Positions 62,457 to 64,000 of a DNA stretch of 64,000 nt are shown one piece after another. The DNA comes from Deltaproteobacteria bacterium (GTDB lineage: Bacteria > Myxococcota_A > Polyangia > Polyangiales > Houyiibacteriaceae). The translations under genes were made by a program, and so were the position numbers. The notes beneath the pieces were generated by a model. It saw only the letters and a list, made by a program, of their open reading frames with translations, was not told the origin of the DNA and ran no database searches. The stretch spans positions 32,001-96,000 of the forward strand of contig JAXMNT010000005.1 in the NCBI GenBank assembly GCA_034670305.1, read 5' to 3'. Position 1 is the stretch's first letter. Every line of letters starts with the position of its first letter.

Positions 62457-63560
62457 ATGCGCATCGGTGACCCCGTGGATTCTCGTCTTCCCTGGGTGCG
62501 GTCGGTTCACGACCTCGACGACGCCCGGACCCTCTCCGCCACCGGACCCCGCCTCAAGGCGTACCGGCGCATCGGACGCGCACTCGGAGACGACCTGCGC
62601 TCGGGCCCGCGCATCCACGCGGTGCACACCTTCGACCTCTCGACGCTGCTCTATCCGACCGCGTTCGCGTTCAACCACGCGGTGCCGCTGCCCATCCCCT
62701 ACGTGCAGCTCAACCACCGCGCGTTGCTGCTCCAGATCCGAACCGACGAAGGGCTCAAGAACATGCTCTTCAACCCGACCGACTACGTCGCCTCGGAAGC
62801 GACGCCGTTCTTCGCGCAGATGCTCGCGATGATGCCGAACCCGGACCTCGGGCGGAAACTGCTCGCCAAACAGTCCGGCCAGCTCGACGTGCAGCTCGCC
62901 GCGCTCGGCATGCGCGCCGAAGACATCGACGTGATCGCGTTCGATCACTTCCACACCCAGGACCTTCGGCCCTTGCTCGGCAGCAACGTGCCCGAGCCCG
63001 ATGGCTCGATGTGGAAGGCTCGGTTCCCGAACGCGCTCCTGCTCGCGCCCGAAGCCGAGTGGAACGACTGGGACGAGCTGCACCCGATGCAGCGCGCATG
63101 GTTCGTCGAAGACGGCAAACGCGGCGTGCCGGAGTCCCGCGTGATCCGCACGAACGCCGACCTCGCGCTCGGCGAAGGCTGCCTCTTGCTCCGCACCATC
63201 GGACACACCACCGGCAACCAGACGCTCTTCGCGTACGGCGAACGCGGCGTCTTCGGCTGCAGCGAGAACGGCTGCAGCGCCGACAACTGGACACCCTACG
63301 AATCGAGCGTGCCTGGCCTGCGACGCCAAGCCCGCAAGTACGGCCTCGAGGTCGTGCTCAACAGCAACACGCCCGAGCTCGCGGCCGAGCAGTACAACTC
63401 GATGATCCTCGAACGCTCCGTCGTCGACCGCTGCCCCGACGAACCCGCCTACGTGCAGATGTTCCCGAGCAGCGAAGTCACCCCCTCGCTCCTCGCGCCG
63501 GGCATCCGCCCTGCGAAACGCTACCGCGAACGCAACAGCGGCACGCTGACCAAGAACTGA
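62457..63560 (+). CDS. MBL-fold hydrolase with variant DHFHTQD motif
   Basis: DIDVIAFDHFHTQD, FPNA, TIGHTTGN, SENG. Confidence 0.75.
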   Translation: MRIGDPVDSRLPWVRSVHDLDDARTLSATGPRLKAYRRIGRALGDDLRSGPRIHAVHTFDLSTLLYPTAFAFNHAVPLPIPYVQLNHRALLLQIRTDEGLKNMLFNPTDYVASEATPFFAQMLAMMPNPDLGRKLLAKQSGQLDVQLAALGMRAEDIDVIAFDHFHTQDLRPLLGSNVPEPDGSMWKARFPNALLLAPEAEWNDWDELHPMQRAWFVEDGKRGVPESRVIRTNADLALGEGCLLLRTIGHTTGNQTLFAYGERGVFGCSENGCSADNWTPYESSVPGLRRQARKYGLEVVLNSNTPELAAEQYNSMILERSVVDRCPDEPAYVQMFPSSEVTPSLLAPGIRPAKRYRERNSGTLTKN

Positions 63561-63584
63561 ACGAGGCAACGGAAGCGGCTTCCG

Positions 63585-63647
<63 letters not shown>

Positions 63648-63653
63648 GCGCGG

Positions 63654-64000
63654 TCAGCTCCGCACCACCTCCAGCTGCCCCAGCGTGTCCATCGCCACGA
63701 GCACGCCTTCCGCCGCGATCACGTGGCTGACGAACCCCTTCACCGGCACGTCGTGTTTGTCGGTCGTCTTGCCGCTGTAGAGATCGACCGCGACCACGCT
63801 GCGGAAGCCACCGACCCAGAGCACGTCGTCTCGGTGCGCGCTGACGGTGCGGCCGTTGCCGAGCTGCATCGACACCTCTTCTTCGTCGAGCGAGAGCCCC
63901 TCTTCGGCGAGTTGGTCCCAGTCGATGCCGGTCTGAAGTTCGCACACGAAGCGCGCGCCTTCGCCGCCAAGGTCGTACACGCCAACCTTCGTATCCGTCA
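63654..64000 (-). CDS. C-terminal part of a hypothetical (beta-propeller-like) protein running off window
   Basis: Frame stays open to the window edge; beta-strand-like pattern VVAVDLYSGK. Confidence 0.6.
   Translation of the reverse strand, partial: TDTKVGVYDLGGEGARFVCELQTGIDWDQLAEEGLSLDEEEVSMQLGNGRTVSAHRDDVLWVGGFRSVVAVDLYSGKTTDKHDVPVKGFVSHVIAAEGVLVAMDTLGQLEVVRS

Overview
Very GC-rich bacterial chromosomal window. Gene content and style (Cys-rich MopE-type lipoproteins, DUF3857/transglutaminase-TPR pair, membrane Ser/Thr kinase, variant Fic protein) suggest Myxococcota, probably Polyangiales-like; this is inference. It holds about 45 real CDSs, and most of the supplied ORF track is shadow ORFs. 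Housekeeping genes include bioF-bioD, a class-B DnaJ, uppS-cdsA, gdhA, thiE, chaC, an Fpg/Nei glycosylase, an AlkC-like glycosylase and msrA. I found no rRNA, tRNA, CRISPR array, integrase, transposase or reverse transcriptase. Most notable: (1) a HerA/DUF87-type ATPase translationally coupled to a protein resembling the eukaryotic SARA/endofin C-terminal domain; (2) oriented hexamer-repeat modules just 3' of stop codons, (NTCGGC)n followed in three cases by G-quadruplex-like (GGGCAR)n, with the opposite orientation captured in-frame as Ala-Asp/Glu tracts; (3) a ~307-bp hairpin-rich element bounded by exact 18-bp direct repeats, next to a dispersed REP-like motif; (4) three parS-like palindromes around bioD/bioF/dnaJ; (5) an NTT-like transporter-HEAT fusion paired with a tandem cNMP-binding protein. 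All family calls come from motif recognition by eye; no database search was run.
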